From an uncultured Staphylococcaceae bacterium (GTDB lineage: Bacteria > Bacillota_I > Bacilli_A > ML615J-28 > CAG-313): a DNA stretch of 64,000 nt. Location of the stretch: the NCBI GenBank assembly GCA_964507405.1, contig CAZDPJ010000002.1:13233-77232 (forward strand), read 5' to 3'. A program made the position numbers and the translations under genes. Below, piece after piece: positions 47,624-55,880 of the stretch. The stretch's first letter is position 1; each line of letters starts with the position of its first letter. The notes under the pieces were generated by a model that made no database searches, was not told the DNA's origin, and was given only the letters and a program-made list of their open reading frames with translations.

Positions 47624-47887
47624 ATGGATGTATTAAAAGTTTCATCAAAATCAAAACCAAATTCAGTTGCCGGAGCTTTAGCCAATGCTTTTCGTGAAAA
47701 GCAAACAGTTGAAATTCAAGCAGTAGGAGCTGGCTCTTTAAATCAAGCAATTAAAGCAATCGCTATTGCAAGAGGTTATGTTGCACCTACAGGAAAGGAT
47801 TTGGTATGTGTCCCTGCTTTCAGTGACATATTGATTGAAGGTGAAGAACGTACCGCAATTAAGTTAATTGTAGAATCTCGTAAATAA
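47624..47887 (+). CDS. spoVS: Stage V sporulation protein S
   Basis: LKVSSKSKPNSVAGALA..EIQAVGAGSLNQAIKAIAIARGYVAP..GEERTAIKLIVE is near-identical in pattern to Bacillus SpoVS as I recall it. Confidence 0.95.
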   Translation: MDVLKVSSKSKPNSVAGALANAFREKQTVEIQAVGAGSLNQAIKAIAIARGYVAPTGKDLVCVPAFSDILIEGEERTAIKLIVESRK

Positions 47888-47908
47888 GTTGGCATATGCC
47901 AACTTTTT
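47887..47908 (+). terminator. spoVS terminator
   Basis: AGTTGGCATATGCCAACT palindrome followed by T5. Confidence 0.75.
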
Positions 47909-47928
47909 ATGATAAAAGGGAGGGTAAA

Positions 47929-48483
47929 ATGAATTTACCAACATTAATGACTTCAAGACTAATTATTAGACCTATCTCAGTACTAGATGCTGATGATATG
48001 TATGAATATGCTAAAACTGAATATGTTGGACCTTTAGCGGGATGGGAACCTCATCATTCGATTGAATATACAATTGCTATTATAAGAAATATGCAAATTA
48101 TTAAATCACAATATGAACTTGGTAATTGGGCAATTGTATATAGAGAAACGGGTAAAATGATTGGAACAATTGAACTTTACAATCATGTTCCCTTCTTTAA
48201 AGCAGAACTTGGATATGCATTAAATCCATCATACTGGGGACAAGGAATTGTTCCTGAGGCAGCATTTGAGGTAATGTCATATGGATTTGAATACCTTAAA
48301 TTAAAAAGAATTGAAGTTGGAGTATTTACAAATAATTATCAATCACAAAGAGTATGTGAAAAGTTAGGATTTATTAAAGAAGGAATTGCTAGAAATGGTT
48401 ATTTAAGGTATGACGGTAAAATCTTTGATAAACTCCAATATGGAATAACAGATAAAGAATTTTTTGATAAATTCGGAAAGTAG
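47929..48483 (+). CDS. GNAT (RimJ/RimL-type) N-acetyltransferase
   Basis: ATG at 47929 follows SD gggaggg and lies after the spoVS terminator. SRLIIRPIS, GYALNPSYWGQGIVPEA, SQRVCEKLGF. Confidence 0.8.
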   Translation: MNLPTLMTSRLIIRPISVLDADDMYEYAKTEYVGPLAGWEPHHSIEYTIAIIRNMQIIKSQYELGNWAIVYRETGKMIGTIELYNHVPFFKAELGYALNPSYWGQGIVPEAAFEVMSYGFEYLKLKRIEVGVFTNNYQSQRVCEKLGFIKEGIARNGYLRYDGKIFDKLQYGITDKEFFDKFGK

Positions 48484-48489
48484 TAAGAT

Positions 48490-49935
48490 ATGAAAAAGAA
48501 AATACAATATGAAAAACTAATAACACCATCAATCAAAGAAGCAAGAAAAAGAAGAAATGAACCAATTGATATATATCATTTTCTAATGAATCCTAAATAT
48601 TTAAATTTAGGTGTAGGTAAAAAATATTTATTAAAAACATATGGATGTCAAGGTAATTTAGCTGATAGTGAAAAAATAGCTGGAATGCTTGAAATGATGG
48701 GATTTGAAGAAACAACTGACGAAACAAAAGCTACTTTTGTATTATTTAATACATGCGCAATTAGAGAAAACGCTGAAGAAAGAGTATTTGGCGAACTTGG
48801 TCGCTTACAAAAATTTAAAAAGCAAAATCCTGATATGTTAATTGGTATTTGTGGATGTATGCCTCAAGAAGAAAAAATAACTTCAACCATTAAAGCCAAG
48901 TATCCTCAAGTTGACATTGTTTTTGGTACACATAATATATCTTCACTACCTGAATATTTATATGATCGAATGATACAAGCAAAAAGGTCAATTGAAGTCT
49001 TATCTATTGAAGGAGATATATATGAAGATTTACCAGTAAAAAGAGATCATCCTAAAAAAGCATGGGTAAATATAATGTATGGTTGTGATGAATTCTGTAC
49101 TTACTGTATAGTTCCATATACAAGAGGTAAAGAAAGATCAAGAAAGCCTGAAGCCATAATAGATGAAGTAAATAAATTGGTCGAAGAAGGATATATTGAA
49201 GTTACTCTTCTCGGTCAAAATGTAAATGCTTATGGAAATGACTTTACTGATATTACTTATAATTTTGCTGACTTATTAAAAGATTTACATAAGACTAAAA
49301 TTAAAAGAATTCGATTCACTACATCACATCCAAGAGATTTAGATGATGAAACTATTGAAGCAATGGCCCTACAAGGAAACATCATGCCTCATCTTCATTT
49401 GCCAGTTCAATCTGGTAGTAATGTCATTTTAAAGAAAATGAATAGAAAATATACAAAAGAAGAGTATATGGAAAAGATTAAAAAGTTAAAAGAAAAAATC
49501 CCAAATATTAGTTTAACTACTGATATTATTGTTGCATTCCCTGGAGAAACCGAAGAAGATTTTGAAAAAACTTTAAGTCTTGTTAAAGAAGTTGGTTATG
49601 CTGGCGCGTATACTTTTATATATTCGCCACGTGAAGGCACTCCTGCAGCAACTTATCCTAATCCTTTAACTTTAAAAGAAAAACATGATCGATTAGATCG
49701 ATTAAATGAAGTAGTTAATGAATATGCACTTAAATGCCATAAAGAATTTGAAGGCAAAACGGTTGAGGTACTAGTTGAAGGACCAAGTAAAAATAATGAA
49801 GCTATTTTAACTGGTTATACTCCTCAAAATATGTTAGTTAATTTTGAAGGAGAAAATATTCAAATTGGTGATTTAGTTAATGTTAAAATTACTAAAGCAT
49901 ATTCTTGGCATTTATTTGGTGAATTAATAAAATAG
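48490..49935 (+). CDS. miaB: tRNA-i6A37 methylthiotransferase MiaB
   Basis: UPF0004 Cys triad (TYGCQ.., NTCAIRE, GCM), radical-SAM CDEFCTYCIVP and a TRAM domain at the C-terminus. Confidence 0.93.
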   Translation: MKKKIQYEKLITPSIKEARKRRNEPIDIYHFLMNPKYLNLGVGKKYLLKTYGCQGNLADSEKIAGMLEMMGFEETTDETKATFVLFNTCAIRENAEERVFGELGRLQKFKKQNPDMLIGICGCMPQEEKITSTIKAKYPQVDIVFGTHNISSLPEYLYDRMIQAKRSIEVLSIEGDIYEDLPVKRDHPKKAWVNIMYGCDEFCTYCIVPYTRGKERSRKPEAIIDEVNKLVEEGYIEVTLLGQNVNAYGNDFTDITYNFADLLKDLHKTKIKRIRFTTSHPRDLDDETIEAMALQGNIMPHLHLPVQSGSNVILKKMNRKYTKEEYMEKIKKLKEKIPNISLTTDIIVAFPGETEEDFEKTLSLVKEVGYAGAYTFIYSPREGTPAATYPNPLTLKEKHDRLDRLNEVVNEYALKCHKEFEGKTVEVLVEGPSKNNEAILTGYTPQNMLVNFEGENIQIGDLVNVKITKAYSWHLFGELIK

Positions 49936-49964
49936 TTGACATTATAAATAGTTTTATATATAAT
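49936..49964 (+). promoter_or_regulatory. Sigma-A-type promoter
   Basis: TTGACA-17 nt-TATAAT immediately after the miaB stop. Confidence 0.5.
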
Positions 49965-49981
49965 TAATATGAGGTGATAAA

Positions 49982-50479
49982 ATGTCAATAAAAAAATTTA
50001 TAGCATTTTGTATATTAATTTTAGATGTTGCGGCATTCCCATATCAATGTAATAGTACTAGAGTTGATAATAGGCCTTGTTCAGTAATTGGAAATGCAAT
50101 AGTTTATGATGAGGATTCTAATACATTCTGTGATATTACTTATATTAATGAAAAAGGACAAACTAAAAATATTAGTCGTATATTTAATAGAACTCTATTA
50201 AAACTTAATAATTTTTATGTTACTACACGTAATGACTTTGATGATGTAATTAAAGTAGAAGATTATGAAAATGTAATTATTGAAAATAATGAAAATCCAA
50301 GAATAAGAGAATTTCAAATAGTTGGATGGTTAGTATTAAATAATGAATACGACGAAAATATTTATAACATCGATAATATTGTACAATTACCTTATGAATA
50401 TAGTGAAAATGACTTTCTTTCTTATTATGAAAGGTATCGTAATGTAATTGTTTTAGAACCAGTTTTGATTGAAAAATAA
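49982..50479 (+). CDS. Secreted or membrane-anchored hypothetical protein (165 aa)
   Basis: SD gaggtga. Hydrophobic N-terminus FIAFCILILDVAAF. I recognise no family motif. Confidence 0.55.
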   Translation: MSIKKFIAFCILILDVAAFPYQCNSTRVDNRPCSVIGNAIVYDEDSNTFCDITYINEKGQTKNISRIFNRTLLKLNNFYVTTRNDFDDVIKVEDYENVIIENNENPRIREFQIVGWLVLNNEYDENIYNIDNIVQLPYEYSENDFLSYYERYRNVIVLEPVLIEK

Positions 50480-50501
50480 TCCATTTTGGGTTATTTTTTT
50501 T
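50476..50501 (+). terminator. Weak rho-independent terminator
   Basis: ATAATCC-loop-GGGTTAT (one G-U pair) followed by T8. Confidence 0.4.
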
Positions 50502-50583
50502 ACTTTTAGCATATTATATATTAGAAATAATTCGTCACCTTTATGATTAGTTTTGAATATATTACTACTGAGGAGGGATATAA

Positions 50584-51102
50584 ATGAATGAAGTTCGTGA
50601 AATAGTTACAAGAGCTGTCGTCGCAAAAGGTCGTAAGATTTTTCGGATTAATGAGGTAATTAATTCCAATAATGATGCTTTTAGTATCCTTGGTTGTTGG
50701 GTAATAAATCATAATTTTGAAGCTCAACTTCAAGATAAAAAAGTAGATTTAAATGGGAACTTTGAAGTAAATGTTTGGTATGCATATGATAATAACTCGA
50801 AAACAGATGTTGCACGTTCAACTATTAGTTATGATGGATGCATAAAGGTAAGAGAAATAATATGTGATAATATCGGCGATAATTGTGATGTTATCGCAAG
50901 GGTATTACAACAACCAACATGTACTAATGCCATAATCTCGGAACAAGGAATTGAAATAGAAGTTGTTTTTGAAGTTTTAGTTGAAGTCATTGGTGAAACC
51001 AAAATGATGGTTACTGTTTTTAATTGTGCTGATAATATTGAACCAGATGATGATTTTGAAAATGAAATTAATGAAGACTTTTTGAATGAACCAAATAGTT
51101 AG
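50584..51102 (+). CDS. cotE: Spore coat morphogenetic protein CotE homolog
   Basis: REIVTRAVVAKGRK, SILGCWVINH, VNVWYAYDNNSKTDV, VIARVLQQPTC, EVIGETKMMVTV and an acidic tail ending ..EDFLNEP parallel B. subtilis CotE as I recall it. Lies downstream of miaB as in Bacillus. Confidence 0.85.
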   Translation: MNEVREIVTRAVVAKGRKIFRINEVINSNNDAFSILGCWVINHNFEAQLQDKKVDLNGNFEVNVWYAYDNNSKTDVARSTISYDGCIKVREIICDNIGDNCDVIARVLQQPTCTNAIISEQGIEIEVVFEVLVEVIGETKMMVTVFNCADNIEPDDDFENEINEDFLNEPNS

Positions 51103-51108
51103 GAGGAA

Positions 51109-51579
51109 ATGATGTTTTACCATATTGTTAGAATGAATGAGACAATCGAAAAAATTGCTTTAACTTATAATTTAGATGTAGTAGAAATTAAGAATATAAA
51201 TCAACACATAAGGAAGTGGGATAACCTTGTTGCGGGGACGAAACTTAATCTACCAACTATACCTGAAGGAGTTAAAGATGATTTAAATGATGTTGAGCCA
51301 TTTATTGAAGATTATTATCCTAAATTATTAAACTTAAAAGATTCTAATCTTGTTGAGGAAGATGTAATGAAAACTGATGTCATAATTAGTCAAAATAAAG
51401 AAAATAATAACGAACAGATAGGTCAATCTCCTCAAAAAAAAGATATCGTAAAACCTATAAAGGAAGTAAAGAATAATAATTCGTCTATTTATTATAATGG
51501 ATATAATCCCTTTTATCCACCATATTATCCGTACTATCCACCTTATAATTTAAGAAAGAAAAAAATTAAAAAAATATAA
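51109..51579 (+). CDS. LysM-domain protein with a Tyr/Pro-rich tail (coat-protein-like)
   Basis: LysM: YHIVRMNETIEKIALTYNLDVVEIKNIN...LVAGTKLNLP. Tail YYNGYNPFYPPYYPYYPPYN then KKKIKK. The ATG at 51112 has the better SD spacing. Confidence 0.75.
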   Translation: MMFYHIVRMNETIEKIALTYNLDVVEIKNINQHIRKWDNLVAGTKLNLPTIPEGVKDDLNDVEPFIEDYYPKLLNLKDSNLVEEDVMKTDVIISQNKENNNEQIGQSPQKKDIVKPIKEVKNNNSSIYYNGYNPFYPPYYPYYPPYNLRKKKIKKI

Positions 51580-51582
51580 ATT

Positions 51583-51622
51583 AGTAAGCATATGGAATAA
51601 TTTATTCCTGCTTACTTTTTTT
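51583..51622 (+). terminator. Rho-independent terminator
   Basis: AGTAAGCA..GGAATAA/TTATTCC..TGCTTACT followed by T7. Confidence 0.75.
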
Positions 51623-51689
51623 AAAAAACATCTTTACTTTTTCCATTAAAAGTAGTATAATAAATATTATAGAAAGGTATGGTGATAAA

Positions 51690-53075
51690 ATGAATGAATT
51701 AATTATTGAAAAATTAGTAAATGAAATTAAAAATGAACAAGATTCAATGACAATACATAGAATCATATTAGATTATCACCCGTATGATGTCGCTTTTGCC
51801 TTTAAAAGATTAAATAAAGAAGACCGTTTTAAGATTTATGTTTCGCTTAGTCATGAGGAAATAGCAGATATATTTGAATATTTAGATGAGACGGAAGCTA
51901 TTACATATTTAGAAGAAATGAATGTCTCCGAAGGTGCAAAAATTTTAAATGAAATGGAAACCGATGAAGCGGTAAACATTTTAAATGAAATGAATGAAGA
52001 AGGTATTGACAAATATTATTTAGATAGTATGCCTGAAGATGATAGTGCCATATTAAATCGTCTTACTAAATATTCATCTGATGAAGCTGGTAGTGTGATG
52101 GGAACAAACTATATTGATGTAGAGTGTGGTACCAGTATTAAAGATACGATGAAATTACTTGTTAAAAATGCTAATGAATCAGAAGTAATTGACCCTATAT
52201 TTGTAACTAAAAATAAAGAATTGGTTGGTATTATTTTGCTTAAAGATTTAATTATATCGAGAGCTCCAAGTATTGTTGATGATATAATGGATACAAGTCT
52301 TGTTTATTGTAATGCCTGTGATTCAATTGAAGATGTAACTAAAATGATTAAAGATTATAATTTACTGGCTATCCCTGTTCTGGAAGATAAAGTTCTAGTT
52401 GGTGTTGTTACAATTGATGATGCTATAGATGAGGCAATCGATGATGTAAAAAATGATTTTGATATGATGGCTGGGGTAACAGGTGAAATCGATAAAAAAA
52501 CAAATGTTTTTAGTCAAATACTAAAACGAATCCCTTGGCTTGTTTGTTTATTAATTATTAGTTTATTAATATCAAATATTACAAGTAAATTTGAAGATGT
52601 AATAGTTGAAGTTACTATTTTTGCTTTTTTTCAATCTATGATATTTGATATGGCAGGTAATGCTGGTACACAAAGTTTGGCGGTTACCGTTCGTAGTATT
52701 AGTAGAAAAGACTTATCAGATAAAAAAAGTATAAGACATCATTTAGGAAAAGAACTTTTAACTTCAATTATTACAGGATTTATTTTAGGTGTTATTTCTT
52801 TTATTACAAGTTTTATCTATATGGAAATATTCAGTAAAGGCATTTATGTTGAATGGCTTGTCGCTTTAATTATTTCAGTATCATTAATGTTATCACTTGT
52901 TTTAACAGAAATGTTAGGTACTATTGTTCCGATTATTTTTAGTAAAATTAAAATTGACCCTGCTGTTGCTTCTGGTCCTCTAATTACTACATTAAGTGAT
53001 GCAATATCTATTATTATATACTTTGGTCTTGCTACTATATTTATGAATTTAATTTTAGTAGGAGGTGCTTTATAA
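51690..53075 (+). CDS. mgtE: Magnesium transporter MgtE (copy 1)
   Basis: N-domain, tandem CBS domains, and TM domain with MAGNAGTQSLAVTVR and DPAVASGPLITTLSD. Confidence 0.92.
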   Translation: MNELIIEKLVNEIKNEQDSMTIHRIILDYHPYDVAFAFKRLNKEDRFKIYVSLSHEEIADIFEYLDETEAITYLEEMNVSEGAKILNEMETDEAVNILNEMNEEGIDKYYLDSMPEDDSAILNRLTKYSSDEAGSVMGTNYIDVECGTSIKDTMKLLVKNANESEVIDPIFVTKNKELVGIILLKDLIISRAPSIVDDIMDTSLVYCNACDSIEDVTKMIKDYNLLAIPVLEDKVLVGVVTIDDAIDEAIDDVKNDFDMMAGVTGEIDKKTNVFSQILKRIPWLVCLLIISLLISNITSKFEDVIVEVTIFAFFQSMIFDMAGNAGTQSLAVTVRSISRKDLSDKKSIRHHLGKELLTSIITGFILGVISFITSFIYMEIFSKGIYVEWLVALIISVSLMLSLVLTEMLGTIVPIIFSKIKIDPAVASGPLITTLSDAISIIIYFGLATIFMNLILVGGAL

Positions 53076-54448
53076 TGATTGATATGGATAAATTAAAAAG
53101 CATCATTAGTGAAATTGAAAATACTAATGACCTTAAAGAAATAAAAAAAATATTAGAAGGATATCATTTTTATGATATTTCTCAAATAATTAATGAAGTT
53201 GAAAATGATAAAAAGAAAATAATATTATCTTTTTATAACGAAGAAGAATTAGTAGAAATATTATCATACTTAGACGATAGTGATGCCTCTGAAATATTAA
53301 ATGAGATACCTTTAAATGAAGCTGCTTCTATTATTAATGAAATGGAAATTGACAATGCTAGTGATGTCTTAGATGAATTTGATACTGAAAAAGCATCAGA
53401 AATTAGATTATTACTAGATAAAGATGTTCAAGAAGATTTAAATGAGCTTGATAAATATGATGATAAAATAGCTGGTTCCATAATGAATCTTAATTATTTA
53501 AAGGTTTATGATTATTATGATGTAAAAGAAGCGATGAAAGTACTTGTTAGTAATGCTCCTGATGTTGAGGTTATAAATACTTTAATAGTAGTAAATGAAT
53601 TTGAGGAATTAGTTGGTACACTTGACTTTAAAAAATTAATTATTACTAAATCACCATGCTTAGTTAAAGATATAATGCTTACGCATTTTGAAGCAGTTGA
53701 TGTATTTGATGATATTGAAGTTGCAATATCGAAGATTAATAATTATGACTTATACTTAATTCCAGTAACGGAAAATAAAAAAATAAAAGGTATAATTACA
53801 ATTGATGATGCTTTTGATGAAACAATTGATGCGGCTGAAGATGATTACGCCAAATTTGCTGGATTAACCGAAGATGAAGATTCAAGTGAAAATGTAAAGG
53901 AATCAATTAAAAAAAGAATTCCTTGGTTGATAATATTACTATTTTTAGATTTTGGAGTATCTTTTGTAATATCTATTTTTAGTAAAGTTATTGTCGCAAT
54001 TCCTCTTCTTACTTTTTTTCAAGCCGCTGTTTTAGGCCTTGCTGGAAACTCGGGAACACAAAGCCTTGCTATTTCGGTTAGAAAAATTAGTGATAATGAA
54101 CTAAATAATAATAAAGAAATATTTAAACATTTAATTAAAGAAACACTCCTTGGTTTATTAATTGGAGTAATGCTTGGGATAGTTTCTTTTGCTCTTGTTG
54201 TAGGAATGCTTTATCTAAAAAAAGAAGTAGATATACCTCCTGTAAAAATTGCTTTTGTTTTAGGTGTTTCTATTAGTTTAGCGGTAACGGTATCTAATTT
54301 ATTTGGCTCTTTAATTCCAATTATTTTTTATAAATGTCATGCAGATCCAGCCGTTGCCTCTGGTCCATTTATAACGACAATTAATGATATTATTGTTGTA
54401 ATTCTTTATTTTGGTATTGCTTTAATAATGTTAAGTAATTATATTTAA
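53075..54448 (+). CDS. mgtE: Magnesium transporter MgtE (copy 2, divergent paralog)
   Basis: Same architecture: LAGNSGTQSLAISVR and DPAVASGPFITTIND. ATG overlaps the copy-1 stop (TAATG). Confidence 0.9.
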   Translation: MIDMDKLKSIISEIENTNDLKEIKKILEGYHFYDISQIINEVENDKKKIILSFYNEEELVEILSYLDDSDASEILNEIPLNEAASIINEMEIDNASDVLDEFDTEKASEIRLLLDKDVQEDLNELDKYDDKIAGSIMNLNYLKVYDYYDVKEAMKVLVSNAPDVEVINTLIVVNEFEELVGTLDFKKLIITKSPCLVKDIMLTHFEAVDVFDDIEVAISKINNYDLYLIPVTENKKIKGIITIDDAFDETIDAAEDDYAKFAGLTEDEDSSENVKESIKKRIPWLIILLFLDFGVSFVISIFSKVIVAIPLLTFFQAAVLGLAGNSGTQSLAISVRKISDNELNNNKEIFKHLIKETLLGLLIGVMLGIVSFALVVGMLYLKKEVDIPPVKIAFVLGVSISLAVTVSNLFGSLIPIIFYKCHADPAVASGPFITTINDIIVVILYFGIALIMLSNYI

Positions 54449-54454
54449 TTATTT

Positions 54455-54492
54455 GTCAATAGAACCCTTTTTGAGGTTTTATTGACTTTTTT
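54455..54492 (+). terminator. Rho-independent terminator
   Basis: GTCAATAGAACC-loop-GGTTTTATTGAC followed by T6. Confidence 0.75.
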
Positions 54493-54646
54493 CTCGGAAA
54501 TATTTATTAAGTAAAAAACGGTTAAAAATTAAAGTTTTAATAAAAGATTTTAAAAAATATATGTTCTATCTTTTTTTAAAAGATAAATGTTGTATTTTTG
54601 TAAAACGCTTACATTGAAAAATAATAGAAAATTCAGAATATATGAT

Positions 54647-54675
54647 TTGAAAAAAAACTTGAAAAAGAGTATAAT
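54647..54675 (+). promoter_or_regulatory. Sigma-A-type promoter for the lipoprotein-opp operon
   Basis: TTGAAA-17 nt-TATAAT. Confidence 0.5.
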
Positions 54676-54738
54676 AAGTATATAATTTTGGTATATAAAG
54701 CGAGTTAAATATACTAGTAATAAGGAGGAAAGGATATA

Positions 54739-55872
54739 ATGCAAAAAAAACATTTATGTCTTCTTGCTATAGTTATGATATTTTGTTTTGTATTTTGTAG
54801 TTGTAGTTCTACAGAATATGAAAAATATGGAAATGTCAAAGCTACGTTTGAACTTGAAGGAGGAATGTATAAATCAAGTTCACGTCCTATCGTTTATAAT
54901 TATAAATTAGAAGCAGACAAGATGAAAATTAAAGATCCTCAAGAATTAATGAGGGGAAATTATAAAATTGAAAATCCAGGTTATGAACTAGTAGGTTGGT
55001 ATCGTAATAAAACAGAATCAGGAGAATACACTGGTAAATGGGATTTTGATACTGATACTATTGATTCAGCTGGTATTACGCTTTTCGCAAAGTGGCAAGA
55101 AAAAAGAGTATATTCATTTGATGTTTACTATTTTGATGATGATGGTAATGAACAATTACTATTTAATGAAGTAGTAAATGAAGGTGGTCAGTTATCAGCT
55201 GAACTTGAAGCTCTTGATCGTGATGGATATACATTTATTAAATACCTTAATGAAGATAAAACTATTTGGGATTTAGAGTATAAACATCCTGGTGGTGCTC
55301 ATACTGAGCCAATTAAGGTGTATGCTTTATATGAAAAAGGTAACTTTAAAGTTGTTCGTACAAAAGCTGAATTAAAATCAGCTATTAGATTCCCTAAAAA
55401 TAATATCTATATTGATGCTGATATCGATATGGAAGGAGAAAAACTTTATTTTAATGATTATAAGGGTATCTTAAAAGGTAATAATCATAAGATTTACAAT
55501 TTTGCTTTAAATCCTGAACCTAAAGGAAATTTAAAAGATAGTTTAGAAAATAAAGTTTTATATGTAAGTTTATTTGGTAATATTGAAAATGCAACTATTG
55601 AAAATATTTCATTTGAAAGTGCAACTTTAGTATTACAAGCTGGTCTAAGTATGATTGACCAAATTTATTTATTACCATTATCTATAAATATGACTAATTC
55701 TACGATTCAAAATGTTTCATTTGAAGGCACATATCAAGTAACAGAGTGGCCTACATCTTCAACATTTGAAAAGAGTGATGATTTTATAGTAAGTAATAAT
55801 GCTTATTTTGAAAAAGATGATTTATCAGTTATATCATCTAATGTTATTAATTTTAATGAAAAAGGAGAATAA
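54739..55872 (+). CDS. Surface lipoprotein with Listeria-Bacteroides-type repeats and a beta-helix-like C-terminal region
   Basis: Lipobox VFCSCS. Repeat signature GYELVGWY...WDFDTDTI...ITLFAKW plus a second degenerate copy. The F.GILKGNNHKIYN pattern is common in surface beta-helix proteins. Confidence 0.6.
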   Translation: MQKKHLCLLAIVMIFCFVFCSCSSTEYEKYGNVKATFELEGGMYKSSSRPIVYNYKLEADKMKIKDPQELMRGNYKIENPGYELVGWYRNKTESGEYTGKWDFDTDTIDSAGITLFAKWQEKRVYSFDVYYFDDDGNEQLLFNEVVNEGGQLSAELEALDRDGYTFIKYLNEDKTIWDLEYKHPGGAHTEPIKVYALYEKGNFKVVRTKAELKSAIRFPKNNIYIDADIDMEGEKLYFNDYKGILKGNNHKIYNFALNPEPKGNLKDSLENKVLYVSLFGNIENATIENISFESATLVLQAGLSMIDQIYLLPLSINMTNSTIQNVSFEGTYQVTEWPTSSTFEKSDDFIVSNNAYFEKDDLSVISSNVINFNEKGE

Positions 55873-55880
55873 AAGAAAAA

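Noticed and set aside
51580-51689. Possible M-box (Mg) riboswitch upstream of mgtE
   Set aside because: The gap is only about 110 nt and is filled by the upstream terminator and a promoter. There is no room for a ~160-nt M-box fold.
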